Below are positions 43,036 to 52,895 of a stretch of 64,000 nt of DNA, piece by piece. The position numbers were made by a program, and so were the translations under genes. Positions within the stretch are counted from its first letter, which is position 1; each line of letters opens with the position of its first letter. The DNA is from Alphaproteobacteria bacterium (lineage in GTDB: Bacteria > Pseudomonadota > Alphaproteobacteria > Rs-D84), in assembly GCA_031549365.1 (NCBI GenBank), contig JAVBPX010000001.1:32001-96000 (forward strand), written 5' to 3'. A model generated the notes under the pieces. It was given only the letters and a program-made list of their open reading frames with translations. It was not told where the DNA came from and did no database searches.

Positions 43036-43485
43036 ATGAAAAACATATCAAAATCACCGGAATCAATTGCAGATCGTTTACGTACAATCCGTCGAGATTT
43101 GGGAATGAATCAAAAGGAAATGTCGCTACATTTGGGATTGGGCGAATCAACCTGGCAAAACTACGAGCGCGAATTGAATATTCCCGGTGGCGAGGTTTTA
43201 TCAAAAATCGCAGCATTGGGATATAACACAGATTGGATTATAACTGGCATGGGCCCGATTCGTGGAAACATGATCCGCGAGGGTTCAGTTCAAAACAATT
43301 TCGATTTAAAATGGGTTGAAAAAACCTTTGATGAAATTTTATCCAATAAATTTCCAAATTCCGCGTTGCCAACATCATTAAAACCATTTGTTCAAAATCA
43401 TTCTGTAAAAATCATGAAACTGGCAACGAACCCGGACGAAGCAATCGGTATGATTAAAATGATTATTGATGATTTTAAATTTTAA
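43036..43485 (+). CDS. XRE/cI-like HTH repressor
   Basis: RLRTIR...NQKEMSLHLGLGESTWQNYE...P...DWIITGMG phage-repressor-like N-domain; no S24 peptidase domain visible. Confidence 0.85.
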   Translation: MKNISKSPESIADRLRTIRRDLGMNQKEMSLHLGLGESTWQNYERELNIPGGEVLSKIAALGYNTDWIITGMGPIRGNMIREGSVQNNFDLKWVEKTFDEILSNKFPNSALPTSLKPFVQNHSVKIMKLATNPDEAIGMIKMIIDDFKF

Positions 43486-43498
43486 TAATCCCGTAAAT

Positions 43499-43527
43499 AA
43501 AAAACTCTCGGATCCGAGAGTTTTTTT
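43499..43527. terminator. Bidirectional terminator between the XRE gene and the pilus operon
   Basis: AAAAAACTCTCG-gatc-CGAGAGTTTTTTT. Confidence 0.85.
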
Positions 43528-43529
43528 AT

Positions 43530-44624
43530 TTACGAAAAATTCGCTGTAATCTGATCTTGCATATCAAACGTTCCGAATACAACCCATGCAATCACAACTG
43601 ATACCGCCAAAATACCAACCGCATTTAAAATATTTGAAATAGCTTCAATTTCACGAACCGAATTTTCCAAATAATCATCGGCTATTCGTTCCAAACTTTT
43701 ATCAAACCCGTCCATATCAGCATATATAATTAAATCACCAACCAATTCTGTACTCGGGAACTCGCGCTCTGTTTTTTCCAATGCTTTACCTAAATTATCA
43801 CCGTTTGCAATAAAATGTAATGATTCATCAATTACAACCGATAAATAGCGCGAAGCATTTTCAGATAACAATTTTAATGCTTGGGGTAAACTACTACCTG
43901 CTTTGACCATGGCCGATAATGATAATAAAAATCCAACACCAACGAACACCTTGTACAATGACCATGGCGGGAATCTATCAAACTGAACTCGACCAAATTT
44001 GGTCCACAACGGCATTGAAAACCCAATTAATGCTATTAATCCGATAAATCCGCCCATCATATACGGCCAATAATCCGCAGCAATATACGATAACGATACC
44101 AATGTACGCGCAGTACCACGCCAAACGATATCTTTGCCGGCCGCTTCCATCAATGGCGGCACCAAATATAATCCAACCAAAATAATAACAATGAAAGTCA
44201 TTAAAAATAAAAACGCAGGATATGCCAGAGCACTAATTAATGAACTCTTAATTTTTTTGGAACCCTCTGAAACTTTTAAAACATTCATTAATGCAATTTG
44301 CAACTTTGAAATATCGCCAACTGTTAACATCAAAGTTTCGGATTTTGGAACCCAACCTTTGGATGCTTCGGCAAATGTTTGCCCCTTTTCCAAATTCGAT
44401 TGCCATTCACGGTAAACTATGGCAAAAGGTTCATTTGGTTTTTTCCCATCATGACTTTCGATTTGCCACAAACGATCCAGCGCATCCATTAATGTAAAAT
44501 TATTTTTTAACAATGACGATAATTTGCGACAAGCATTCAAACGCTTTTCATCGTCAAATTTGAACATAAATTTTGCATACATACGATCCAAGTTTGATGC
44601 GCGTGCATGTGTTCTTGTTGCCAT
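43530..44624 (-). CDS. Type IVb pilus inner-membrane platform protein (PilR/TcpE/BfpE, T2SS-F family)
   Basis: Two T2SSF-like cytoplasmic domains, LAYP before TM1, PPWSLYK...GFLLSLS motif, 3 TM helices. Confidence 0.85.
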   Translation of the reverse strand: MATRTHARASNLDRMYAKFMFKFDDEKRLNACRKLSSLLKNNFTLMDALDRLWQIESHDGKKPNEPFAIVYREWQSNLEKGQTFAEASKGWVPKSETLMLTVGDISKLQIALMNVLKVSEGSKKIKSSLISALAYPAFLFLMTFIVIILVGLYLVPPLMEAAGKDIVWRGTARTLVSLSYIAADYWPYMMGGFIGLIALIGFSMPLWTKFGRVQFDRFPPWSLYKVFVGVGFLLSLSAMVKAGSSLPQALKLLSENASRYLSVVIDESLHFIANGDNLGKALEKTEREFPSTELVGDLIIYADMDGFDKSLERIADDYLENSVREIEAISNILNAVGILAVSVVIAWVVFGTFDMQDQITANFS

Positions 44625-44636
44625 TGTAAACCCCTG

Positions 44637-46283
44637 TTAATATATTGTAGGCTGATCCAACAAACCCACCCAACGTTCCAATTCGTTTGCGGAAATAATT
44701 CCTTTTAGCATTAATTCCCCTGCGGCCTCTTTTAATGTTCGGCCATTTAATTCTTCCAACCAATAACGAACGGCCTCTTTGGTATCGCCTTCTAATACTC
44801 GGTTTAAAAAATACCCATCGGTCATAATTAATTCGCCAGCCTTGATTCGCCCTGTTGTTCCCTTGAAATCACATTTATCACATCCTGGCCCTTTGATATA
44901 AACTTGATGTAATCCGATTTCGCCAAAGGCCTCTTTTACACGATTATACACTGCATTTTCAGGATGTTTGTGTAACGCTTCTTTGCAATTTGGGCAAACT
45001 TTTCTGAATAAACGCATTGATATCAGCCCACGCATCATGGTTTCGTCTTTCAACTTAAATGCTTCAACACCCATATCCAATAATCGTGTCATCGCAGCCA
45101 ATGCCGAATTGGCGTGAATTGTTGTCCAAACATTATGTCCTGACAGCGCACCCTTGACAGTCAGCAATGCAGCCGACAATGTTCGGATTTCCCCAACCAT
45201 TAATGCATCAGGGTCGGATCGCAAAGCGGCTGCCAATGCTTCGGTAAATTTTTCATCCTTTTCTTCTTCGGACGATGCATTTGTAACAGGCATCTGACGC
45301 GATCCGAAAATTGGAGATTCCGGCGGATCTTCCACTGTCAATAAATTGATTTCATAATTTTGTTCTTTTAACATCATAGTCATATTTTGACGCAATGTCG
45401 TCGATTTACCCGAAGATGTTGGCCCAGCCACAACAACCAATCCTGTTGGGAACGCTCGCATACGATATAAAAATCTTTGTTCATATGGTGTAAATTCTTG
45501 CTCAACTTTAATGCCCTCGGATGGATTGTCATACAACAATCGCATAACCAAATATTGGGACCCGAAAGCGATCGGGTTAAATTGCATACGAATACCCAAT
45601 ATATTTTGTGGCAAATATAAATCTTTGGTCCCGCGTAATGGTGTGCGCCCATCTTTCTGAGCACCCTGATATTCATTCTGGGCATAGTTACTGTCCGAAA
45701 TATCAGCACTGGCGAATGCAGCACGAACAAAACTTTCACCCCATTGTGAATTATATTCCAAAACGGTTTGCATGCTTCCATCAATTCGGAAATAAATTGT
45801 CGTTTGATCGGCAACAACGATATGAATATCCGACACTCGCATTGATGCGGCACGCGCAACAATGTCAACAAAATCCTTTTGCATTTGGTTGTCGTAATCA
45901 GCACGATGCGATGTTAATCCCCCACCTGCTTTGGCTTCGTTAAATTTATATATGTTTGATAATAAACCCAAATCGCTGTAATAAGGCTCTTTTGCCAAGC
46001 GTTGTTCTTTTTGCAACAATGATAAAAAAGCCAAAACTCGTCCATCATAACGATGCGTCCGAGATATGATAATTTCGCCTTGGGAAAAATACGCAATTAA
46101 ATTTTGTGTATCTTTTGCCAATTCCAGCAAAGCACCGAATCCGGTCATCAAACGATTGTTTTCAGAAAACAAATATTCGATAATTTCTTTCTGTTCCACA
46201 TCGCCCAAATGCGGAGGAACTGAAAATCGTCTATCCTTGTTCGATTCGACGACAGTATTATCTGTTAATTTGTTATCGACCAT
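44637..46283 (-). CDS. Type IVb pilus assembly ATPase (PilQ/TcpT/BfpD, GspE family)
   Basis: SDIHI, Walker A GPTSSGKST, TVEDPPE Asp box, LRSDPDALMVGEIR Walker B, GHNVWTTIHAN His box, CPNC/CDKC; start ATG 46283 with GGAGAG SD. Confidence 0.92.
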   Translation of the reverse strand: MVDNKLTDNTVVESNKDRRFSVPPHLGDVEQKEIIEYLFSENNRLMTGFGALLELAKDTQNLIAYFSQGEIIISRTHRYDGRVLAFLSLLQKEQRLAKEPYYSDLGLLSNIYKFNEAKAGGGLTSHRADYDNQMQKDFVDIVARAASMRVSDIHIVVADQTTIYFRIDGSMQTVLEYNSQWGESFVRAAFASADISDSNYAQNEYQGAQKDGRTPLRGTKDLYLPQNILGIRMQFNPIAFGSQYLVMRLLYDNPSEGIKVEQEFTPYEQRFLYRMRAFPTGLVVVAGPTSSGKSTTLRQNMTMMLKEQNYEINLLTVEDPPESPIFGSRQMPVTNASSEEEKDEKFTEALAAALRSDPDALMVGEIRTLSAALLTVKGALSGHNVWTTIHANSALAAMTRLLDMGVEAFKLKDETMMRGLISMRLFRKVCPNCKEALHKHPENAVYNRVKEAFGEIGLHQVYIKGPGCDKCDFKGTTGRIKAGELIMTDGYFLNRVLEGDTKEAVRYWLEELNGRTLKEAAGELMLKGIISANELERWVGLLDQPTIY

Positions 46284-46304
46284 GCTCTCTCCCAAATGAT
46301 CTGT

Positions 46305-46988
46305 TTATTGCTGAACGCCCAAAGTTTGGCTATCATTTCCTTTTTTGAATGTAACACCATCGTCCAAAGAAATACTTTTTACTTCATACCCGTTTGGCAA
46401 TTGTTTTCCAACTTGTAATTTTCTTTTTTGGGTATTTTTCATATTTTCAATCGTTACAAACAATTCGTTTCCGGCGCCATAAATATCCAATACACGATAC
46501 GTATCTGATAGTTTTTCGCCTTCGTTAACTTCTTCTTGCACCTGTTGTTGTGTTGACGTGGATACAGCAACTTCGGACAAGGATCTATTTATCTGATTTC
46601 TTTTTTCTTCTTCGAATGCTTGACGCTCTTGTTCCAATCTTGCTTTTTCCTGTTCTATTTTTTTCTTCTCGGCTTCGGCTTTTCTGGTTTCTTCTTCGGT
46701 GTCTTTTTGCATTTGTTCCATTTCACGCTGTAATCGAATTTTTTCAGACATTAACTTATCCATATCCAATTCCATTCTGGCCTGTTCCATTTCCAATTTC
46801 ATTAATACTTTTTCTTGTTCCATATCTGAAATACGTTGAAATAACGAAGAGCCTTCATCAAATTCATTTAAATTTAATGTTTGTTCCGGCACATTTGTAT
46901 TTGCGACAGCTGGCGCTACATCCTCGGCATATACAGCTGTACAAAAACCAGATAATACGATACCTAGTAATATTTTTTTATTTAACAT
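46305..46988 (-). CDS. PilP-like periplasmic pilus biogenesis protein
   Basis: Signal peptide, coiled coil, C-terminal RVLDIYG...VGKQLPNGYEVKSISLDDGV beta domain; position in operon. Confidence 0.65.
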   Translation of the reverse strand: MLNKKILLGIVLSGFCTAVYAEDVAPAVANTNVPEQTLNLNEFDEGSSLFQRISDMEQEKVLMKLEMEQARMELDMDKLMSEKIRLQREMEQMQKDTEEETRKAEAEKKKIEQEKARLEQERQAFEEEKRNQINRSLSEVAVSTSTQQQVQEEVNEGEKLSDTYRVLDIYGAGNELFVTIENMKNTQKRKLQVGKQLPNGYEVKSISLDDGVTFKKGNDSQTLGVQQ

Positions 46989-48246
46989 AAATTTTCTCCT
47001 CGTAAATCCAAGACTGTTTCTTGTTATCCCATTTTATCACAGAAAACTCTACCGATGCAAATGGTTCAAATATTTTTACAAATTCCATTGGCGACAATTT
47101 TGATTCAGCAGATACCAAAATAAATTGCACCTGCTTGGTCAGGTTTTGATTTTTTGGGTGAATAATTGTTTCCTGCTTTACGGACATAGACACTGCCATA
47201 TTCATTTTTTGAAACAACGCGGTAATTTCACGACGAGTCTGCTCTGAATTTTCAACCGGAGTTGTTTTTTTCGTTGATACTTTTTCCAATGTTGCAAATA
47301 AATTAACATCCGTATCAGACGTTTGCTTTACTTGAATCCCAGGCATAACATTTTCAACTTCGTTATATAAATCTGTAATGGTTCCATAATCACGGCGAAT
47401 ACGCGCAATAATCTGCCCGCGTGTACATTCTGTTTCTAAAACGACCCAGCCTGGTAATGTTTGCATGATATATGCTGTTGCTCTGAAACACTGATTTGCA
47501 CGTTCTGTTATATCTGGCAATTGCTCATACGGCAAAACCAGAGGCATAACATCAGCAATTGAAATAACTTCTTTTTCTTGTTTTTGTTGCGCTATGATTT
47601 TTTGCCTATACTCTTCCAACAATGTCGGATTTACTTGGGCCAACTGCGGGGCCGGCGCAACTACTTCCATAATTTGTTTTTGAAACGTAATAAAAACCAT
47701 TATTAATAACATTCCAATAAATAAACCAGATATTATAAATTGCTTTAACCTATCCAATGTTTTTAATGAACGTTTGGCAGTTCCAAAAATAACTTCGTCA
47801 ATATGTTTTTCTGTCGCATGATCAATATTCCAATGCGACGGAGCAATACGCAAACCCCAATCTGGCAATTCCAACAAACGCATATATGCAGCACGCGCCG
47901 ATTCATCATCCGAATATAACATATCTTGGTCGGATAAAATTTGACCATTTCTAACAGCCAAAATCCAAACGCCTTCTTTTACCAAAAATGCAGCAACAAA
48001 AGATGTTCTATCTGATAATGAATCACAAACTTCGGGAGCCGCGGCGAACATACCCGTTGAATGCTTGGATGCCGAAAAACCCAAACCATACATTCCACGA
48101 TAATCAGTATAAAGCTGGGCGCCACCGACAATTGATTTTGCAGTTCGACGCGCAGAATCACCCGCAGACTGACCATCAATCAACGGCTGCCAAAATAAAC
48201 CTGTGGCATATTTTTTACGACCAACAGTAATAACCTGAGCGGTCAT
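46978..48246 (-). CDS. Type IVb pilus accessory protein PilO2/BfpC-like
   Basis: YATGLFWQPL N-terminus, AVRNGQILSDQD, central TM helix, PGWV periplasmic motif. Confidence 0.75.
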   Translation of the reverse strand: MTAQVITVGRKKYATGLFWQPLIDGQSAGDSARRTAKSIVGGAQLYTDYRGMYGLGFSASKHSTGMFAAAPEVCDSLSDRTSFVAAFLVKEGVWILAVRNGQILSDQDMLYSDDESARAAYMRLLELPDWGLRIAPSHWNIDHATEKHIDEVIFGTAKRSLKTLDRLKQFIISGLFIGMLLIMVFITFQKQIMEVVAPAPQLAQVNPTLLEEYRQKIIAQQKQEKEVISIADVMPLVLPYEQLPDITERANQCFRATAYIMQTLPGWVVLETECTRGQIIARIRRDYGTITDLYNEVENVMPGIQVKQTSDTDVNLFATLEKVSTKKTTPVENSEQTRREITALFQKMNMAVSMSVKQETIIHPKNQNLTKQVQFILVSAESKLSPMEFVKIFEPFASVEFSVIKWDNKKQSWIYEEKIYVK

Positions 48247-48279
48247 CGCAAAACTCTCCTTCCCCTATTCCACCGAATA

Positions 48280-49908
48280 TTAATTCAGCGGAGCTCCCCA
48301 ATTCTGCATCATTGCACGTTCAGGATCCAATGGTGATACCAAAACCTGTGGCGTGATGATAACAACCAACACGTCGCGTTGCGATGTTGTTTCACGGCTT
48401 CCGCCCAACGCCATAAATTCAGGATCTCCGATTCCGAATCGAGTGTCGTTATTTGTGATTCGTTCAAACCCTGACAGCACCAACGTCTGACCCGATTCCA
48501 TAACAACTTCTTGCATGAAAGATCTTTCTTCGGTTTCTGGCAACTGCAATGTAACAGATCCAATCGTAGTCGTTGACATTTTCAACAATCCTTTGATTGA
48601 CATTTTGAATAACAACAATATACGACCGTTATCCAAAACATTTGGCATTAATTGCATGCTGAACCCTGTATCCAATTCAGCCTGATCCACCGTGGCGGCT
48701 TCAACTGCTGAAAAATTTCTGGTTTCAAACTGTTTAATGTATCCTGTTGTTTTCATATTGCTGACTGGGGCAATACGATTATTTCTGGTTGTAACAACAG
48801 CACTGGTTACCAATGAAATTTTTCCTTGTTTTGCCAACGCTTGGATAAACGCATCTGTCCCGGCCAAATTACCCAATCCGGATGCAGCAATCTGATCCGC
48901 GGTAAATCCACCAGTAACAACACCTGACGAATCAACGGCTGCCAACCCAGCTTTTGCCAATACATTATTATTTAACACCGCAATATTCATACCCTGGGCT
49001 TCAGTAGTGGTTAAATTGTTGACAGGATTTGAAACCAATTGCAGTCCCGCAGCCGATTGAATCGCTGCGCCCAAATTCAAACCCAGAGCATTTGAATTAT
49101 CGATTGAAACTTGCAATACTTTTACGTTAATTGCGATCAGCTGAGACAAACGTTGATTTTGTTTATTTATGTAATCGCCAACGCGTTGCAAAATTGATGG
49201 GGGCGCTGTCACAGTAATTGAACCCATTGATCTGGACACTGTGAATTTCGCATTTTGGGTCCCTTCTAAAATTCCACCAATTGTTTTTTCAACCTCTTCC
49301 CATTCACGCAAGTTTGATTCCAATGACACATGATTGGCGTCATCGGCGGCAATTCTGGAACGATAATTAATGTCTGTTCCCAATGCAAACAAAGTAAATG
49401 TTTTTGTTTCTGTTTCATAAAAGACAATTTCTTCACGATCATAATACCACAACAAATCCAAATCTGTTGCGATTTGGGTCAACAATGTCGATAATTTTCC
49501 AGTATATGCAATATTCATTGCCTTACTTAATTTATCAGCACTTATTTTGCTGTCGATTTTAACTGGAATATCAGTCATCGCATGAATGTTATTTGATAAA
49601 ACTTGTAATGTAACAGGTTCGTTTAATAATAACGTAACCCCGTTTTCACCTTCGAATTCAGATGGCAAATTATTTTTATGAGGCAAAACTACCGAAGCAG
49701 ATCCCAACCAAACACCTTCGGACATTGAAATAGTATCATTCGTTGCCTTGGAACGTGGATTTTTTGCGTCTTCCAGCGCACTGTTTGCATTCAAAAAGTC
49801 GTTATCAACTTGCGTTGCAACCTGTGCAGATTCTTTTTTTGCACATCCGGTTAAAATTGACCCAATTACAGCCAATATCAACCCATAACGTTTAATATCC
49901 ATTCCCAT
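48280..49908 (-). CDS. Type IVb pilus lipoprotein secretin (PilN/BfpB/TcpC)
   Basis: Lipobox ILTGC, ETKTF, QLPE...QEVVMESGQTLVLSGFE, LGGS...RDVLVVIITP secretin C-terminus. Confidence 0.9.
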   Translation of the reverse strand: MGMDIKRYGLILAVIGSILTGCAKKESAQVATQVDNDFLNANSALEDAKNPRSKATNDTISMSEGVWLGSASVVLPHKNNLPSEFEGENGVTLLLNEPVTLQVLSNNIHAMTDIPVKIDSKISADKLSKAMNIAYTGKLSTLLTQIATDLDLLWYYDREEIVFYETETKTFTLFALGTDINYRSRIAADDANHVSLESNLREWEEVEKTIGGILEGTQNAKFTVSRSMGSITVTAPPSILQRVGDYINKQNQRLSQLIAINVKVLQVSIDNSNALGLNLGAAIQSAAGLQLVSNPVNNLTTTEAQGMNIAVLNNNVLAKAGLAAVDSSGVVTGGFTADQIAASGLGNLAGTDAFIQALAKQGKISLVTSAVVTTRNNRIAPVSNMKTTGYIKQFETRNFSAVEAATVDQAELDTGFSMQLMPNVLDNGRILLLFKMSIKGLLKMSTTTIGSVTLQLPETEERSFMQEVVMESGQTLVLSGFERITNNDTRFGIGDPEFMALGGSRETTSQRDVLVVIITPQVLVSPLDPERAMMQNWGAPLN

Positions 49909-50809
49909 CCTCCAAAGTCTGAATAACTAATACTCGGTTACCCTTGTAAAATCTTGCGTATGGCACAGGGTTTGCCCGCCCAAAATTACGAACCAAGGCC
50001 GATGACACGTCTACAAATCTGCCTTTGAATACTGCCGATGCTTGGATTGGATATTCGCGCGATGTGTTCCAAACAACATCCCAGCCTTCTTTCTTTGCCC
50101 AATTTTCCAATACCGAACGCAATGTTTGCCCCTGAGTTACGACCCATGATCTGACCTGATCGGAACCTTTTAATTCGACCTGATCCCCAGGCAATACTTC
50201 TTGCTCTGAATTCATTGAAGCCGAGCTATCAGCCAAAGATTCAGAAATAAAATCCTGTTGAATCCCGTAATTTTCTGGACGCACAGCGTCAACAGACTTT
50301 CTTTTGGAATTGCGAGATGCTGCCAAAACAACTGTCCCATCGTCCATCATCATTTCTTGGTGCATTAATGGCATTTCAGACTGATGCTCGTAAATATTAA
50401 AACCTGCTGGGGCTTGGTATGCATGATCCATATTTGCCCCCCCAGAAAATCCGAATGCTTCGGCCCCTGCATTATTCGACATATTAATATTGTTTTCAAT
50501 TCGGATATCAGACTGAGTCCCCGAAACAGGCCACGAAGTTTCTTTTTCAACTGGCACATATGGTTTATATTTTTTTTCAACGGCTGGTGCTGGCTCAACC
50601 GATGCGACCTCCACTTCATAAGAAACAGGTGCTGACGCTTCTTCATATTCCACCTGGGCAATTGGCGTCGGGGATTCCGGCACATAAATATTATTTTCAA
50701 TCATTAAACCTGATTGATTGTCCGAATACGATGCGTCGCCATCAGCAAACGCAGGAAAAACCAACATAAATGCTGATCCCAACAATACGGCAAACCCTTT
50801 ACGAAACAT
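49892..50809 (-). CDS. TcpQ-domain (PilL-like) pilus biogenesis protein
   Basis: Signal peptide, low-complexity middle, C-terminal W...GQTLRSVLENWAKKEGWDVVW...YPIQASAVFKGRF TcpQ domain. Confidence 0.82.
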   Translation of the reverse strand: MFRKGFAVLLGSAFMLVFPAFADGDASYSDNQSGLMIENNIYVPESPTPIAQVEYEEASAPVSYEVEVASVEPAPAVEKKYKPYVPVEKETSWPVSGTQSDIRIENNINMSNNAGAEAFGFSGGANMDHAYQAPAGFNIYEHQSEMPLMHQEMMMDDGTVVLAASRNSKRKSVDAVRPENYGIQQDFISESLADSSASMNSEQEVLPGDQVELKGSDQVRSWVVTQGQTLRSVLENWAKKEGWDVVWNTSREYPIQASAVFKGRFVDVSSALVRNFGRANPVPYARFYKGNRVLVIQTLEDGNGY

Positions 50810-50844
50810 GATGTTTATCCTTTTTTCCTTGATCCTTTACACCT

Positions 50845-50873
50845 ATGATAACGATATTCGCAATTTCTTACAA
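50845..50873 (-). promoter_or_regulatory. Putative promoter of the pilus operon
   Basis: TTGTAA-17 nt-TATCAT on minus strand. Confidence 0.45.
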
Positions 50874-50908
50874 GTCTTTTTTACACTTGGTTCTATAAAT
50901 AATTCAAT

Positions 50909-50942
50909 AAAAAATCCCACATCTTTCGATATGGGATTTTTT
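50909..50942 (-). terminator. Terminator after rpsD
   Basis: AAAAAATCCCA-c-ATC-tttc-GAT-a-TGGGATTTTTT. Confidence 0.8.
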
Positions 50943-50959
50943 CGATTTTAAAAACCCGA

Positions 50960-51583
50960 TTATCGTGAGTAATACTCAACAACCAAACCTGGTTCCATCG
51001 CAACAGCGTATGGCACATCTTCAAACAAAGGCACGCGCACAAATGTCGCTTCGAATTTGTCTGGATTTACACGTACATAATCACAGAATTCACGATCGCC
51101 TGCTTCCAACGAATTCACGACTAACGCCATGTTTTGCGTCTTTTCTTTCAGAGTGATAACATCATTTGGTTTTACTTGGTACGATGGAATCTTAACGCGT
51201 TTTCCGTTAACCAAAACATGCCCGTGATTTACCAATTGGCGCGCAGAAAACACCGTTGGCGCAAATTTTGCACGATACACAACCGCATCCAATCTTGATT
51301 CCAACAAACCAATCATATTTTGCGAAGTATCGCCCTTGGCATTATTTGCAGTTTGATAATAGCTGCGGAATTTCTTTTCCCCGATATTTCCATAAAAACC
51401 TTTCAAAACTTGTTTTGCTTTCAACTGCTTGCCGTAATCAGATGCATTTCCTGTACGTTTTGTTGGGCCGTGTTGACCAGGCGTATATTTACGTTTGTTT
51501 AATGGTGATTTTGCGCGTCCCCAGATATTTAATCCCCAGCGACGATCAATTTTTAATTTTGTATTTTGGCGTTTTCCTGCCAT
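50960..51583 (-). CDS. rpsD: 30S ribosomal protein S4
   Basis: [32 protein letters not shown]; stand-alone location as in Alphaproteobacteria; start ATG 51583 (AGGA SD). Confidence 0.98.
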   Translation of the reverse strand: MAGKRQNTKLKIDRRWGLNIWGRAKSPLNKRKYTPGQHGPTKRTGNASDYGKQLKAKQVLKGFYGNIGEKKFRSYYQTANNAKGDTSQNMIGLLESRLDAVVYRAKFAPTVFSARQLVNHGHVLVNGKRVKIPSYQVKPNDVITLKEKTQNMALVVNSLEAGDREFCDYVRVNPDKFEATFVRVPLFEDVPYAVAMEPGLVVEYYSR

Positions 51584-51718
51584 TTTCATATCCTATGGTT
51601 TATGTTATTCGGTCCAGATTTCCGATATCGGATTGGGGCACCTTATCCCCCGACATAATGACCATAGCCAATATATACGGTTACTCAGGCCTCCATCTTT
51701 CCAGACAGTTCGGGCCCG

Positions 51719-51747
51719 ATTATCATGCAAAAGTATCCAAAAGTCAA
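51719..51747 (-). promoter_or_regulatory. Putative rpsD promoter
   Basis: TTGACT-17 nt-GATAAT, implying a structured 5' UTR of about 130 nt. Confidence 0.6.
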
Positions 51748-51853
51748 GCATTTTTCCAAAAACCTCTCTACTCTATAAATTTGGGCTTTTGTTACCATCA
51801 TAAATTGTGCTATTATATATAGTGTGAAAGATTAGGTATACGGAGGATTAAAA

Positions 51854-52645
51854 ATGTCACGTTTCTTGAAATCATTATTTTTTATAATTTTAATTGCTGG
51901 CGGGTTTGCATTGGGCTTTTATCTAACGCACCCAGATTCTGAATTTGTGTCAAATATGGAAAAACAGCCGATTATAATGCCAGCCGATGAATCTGCAAAA
52001 CATCTGGATGATGCACGATTTGCATTGATAGAATCAAAAATCAAGCATTTGTCAGAAAAAACTGATTCATTAAATGATCGTGTCGAAACATTGGAATCAA
52101 CCACAAAACCAGCCCAACAAAAGGCGATCGCCAGATTGGTTTTATTATTCGATTTGCGTCTACGAATAACTAATGGACAATCATTTGCTGATTTGCTGGA
52201 TTTAATGGATCCCGCTGTTCGAAATAATTTTGCATTTTTGGATGACTATTCCGAATCTGGAATCCCAACAATGGATCAATTACGCATATCATTTGATGGC
52301 TTAATCCGCCCAGCGATTATTGCTGATAATTCCGCGAACAATGAAACTCGGGCAATATCTTCCTTTGAACGCTGGGCAAATAACTGGGTGTCTGTTCGTA
52401 AAAATATTGTTGATGAAAAAAATCCAGAATCTGTATCCAGCATGCTGACCGCCGCAAATATTTATTTAAAATCGAACCAGCCCAAATTGGCTCTCCAACA
52501 ATTAAATTTGGTTTCTGAAAAATCCGCTGCTGCCGGGAACATAATAAATCCTTTTGTTGAAAAATTAACAATTGTTTTGATGGCTTATGATACTTTGGAT
52601 TCAGAATTAAACTCAATTTTTTCAACCATGAACTCAGGTAAATAA
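51854..52645 (+). CDS. Mitofilin-domain/COG4223-like membrane protein (alphaMic60-like)
   Basis: N-terminal TM helix, coiled coil, GQSFADLL...GIPTMDQLRISF...VSVRK...LTAANIYL...LALQQL pattern; upstream of a hemY-N-like ORF. Confidence 0.65.
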   Translation: MSRFLKSLFFIILIAGGFALGFYLTHPDSEFVSNMEKQPIIMPADESAKHLDDARFALIESKIKHLSEKTDSLNDRVETLESTTKPAQQKAIARLVLLFDLRLRITNGQSFADLLDLMDPAVRNNFAFLDDYSESGIPTMDQLRISFDGLIRPAIIADNSANNETRAISSFERWANNWVSVRKNIVDEKNPESVSSMLTAANIYLKSNQPKLALQQLNLVSEKSAAAGNIINPFVEKLTIVLMAYDTLDSELNSIFSTMNSGK

Positions 52646-52646
52646 T

Positions 52647-52895
52647 ATGTGGAATTTTTTAAAAACAATATTCTATACATTAATAATTGCATCCATAGGC
52701 GGATTGTTTTATGTATTAAATTCAATGGATTTACCGATTACAATTATTACAAAAAGCTACACTATTGAAACAACCGGCGTAGTAATCGCAACCATACTGT
52801 TATTCGCATACACTCTGATATATTTCATTCACAGATTTTTTGTATGGATGGCCGTTTGGCGCGATCGTAAAATTCAAAAAAAATTGGATAAATAA
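52647..52895 (+). CDS. Small two-TM protein resembling the HemY N-terminal domain (truncated)
   Basis: TM-(ITIITKSYTIET)-TM-basic tail; starts 1 nt after the mitofilin-like stop. Confidence 0.5.
   Translation: MWNFLKTIFYTLIIASIGGLFYVLNSMDLPITIITKSYTIETTGVVIATILLFAYTLIYFIHRFFVWMAVWRDRKIQKKLDK

Noticed and set aside
42565-50809. Prophage or ICE
   Set aside because: No integrase, relaxase, T4SS, phage structural genes, tRNA target or evident att repeats
51256-51822. 188-aa plus-strand ORF over rpsD and its leader
   Set aside because: Antisense to rpsD; no protein-like features
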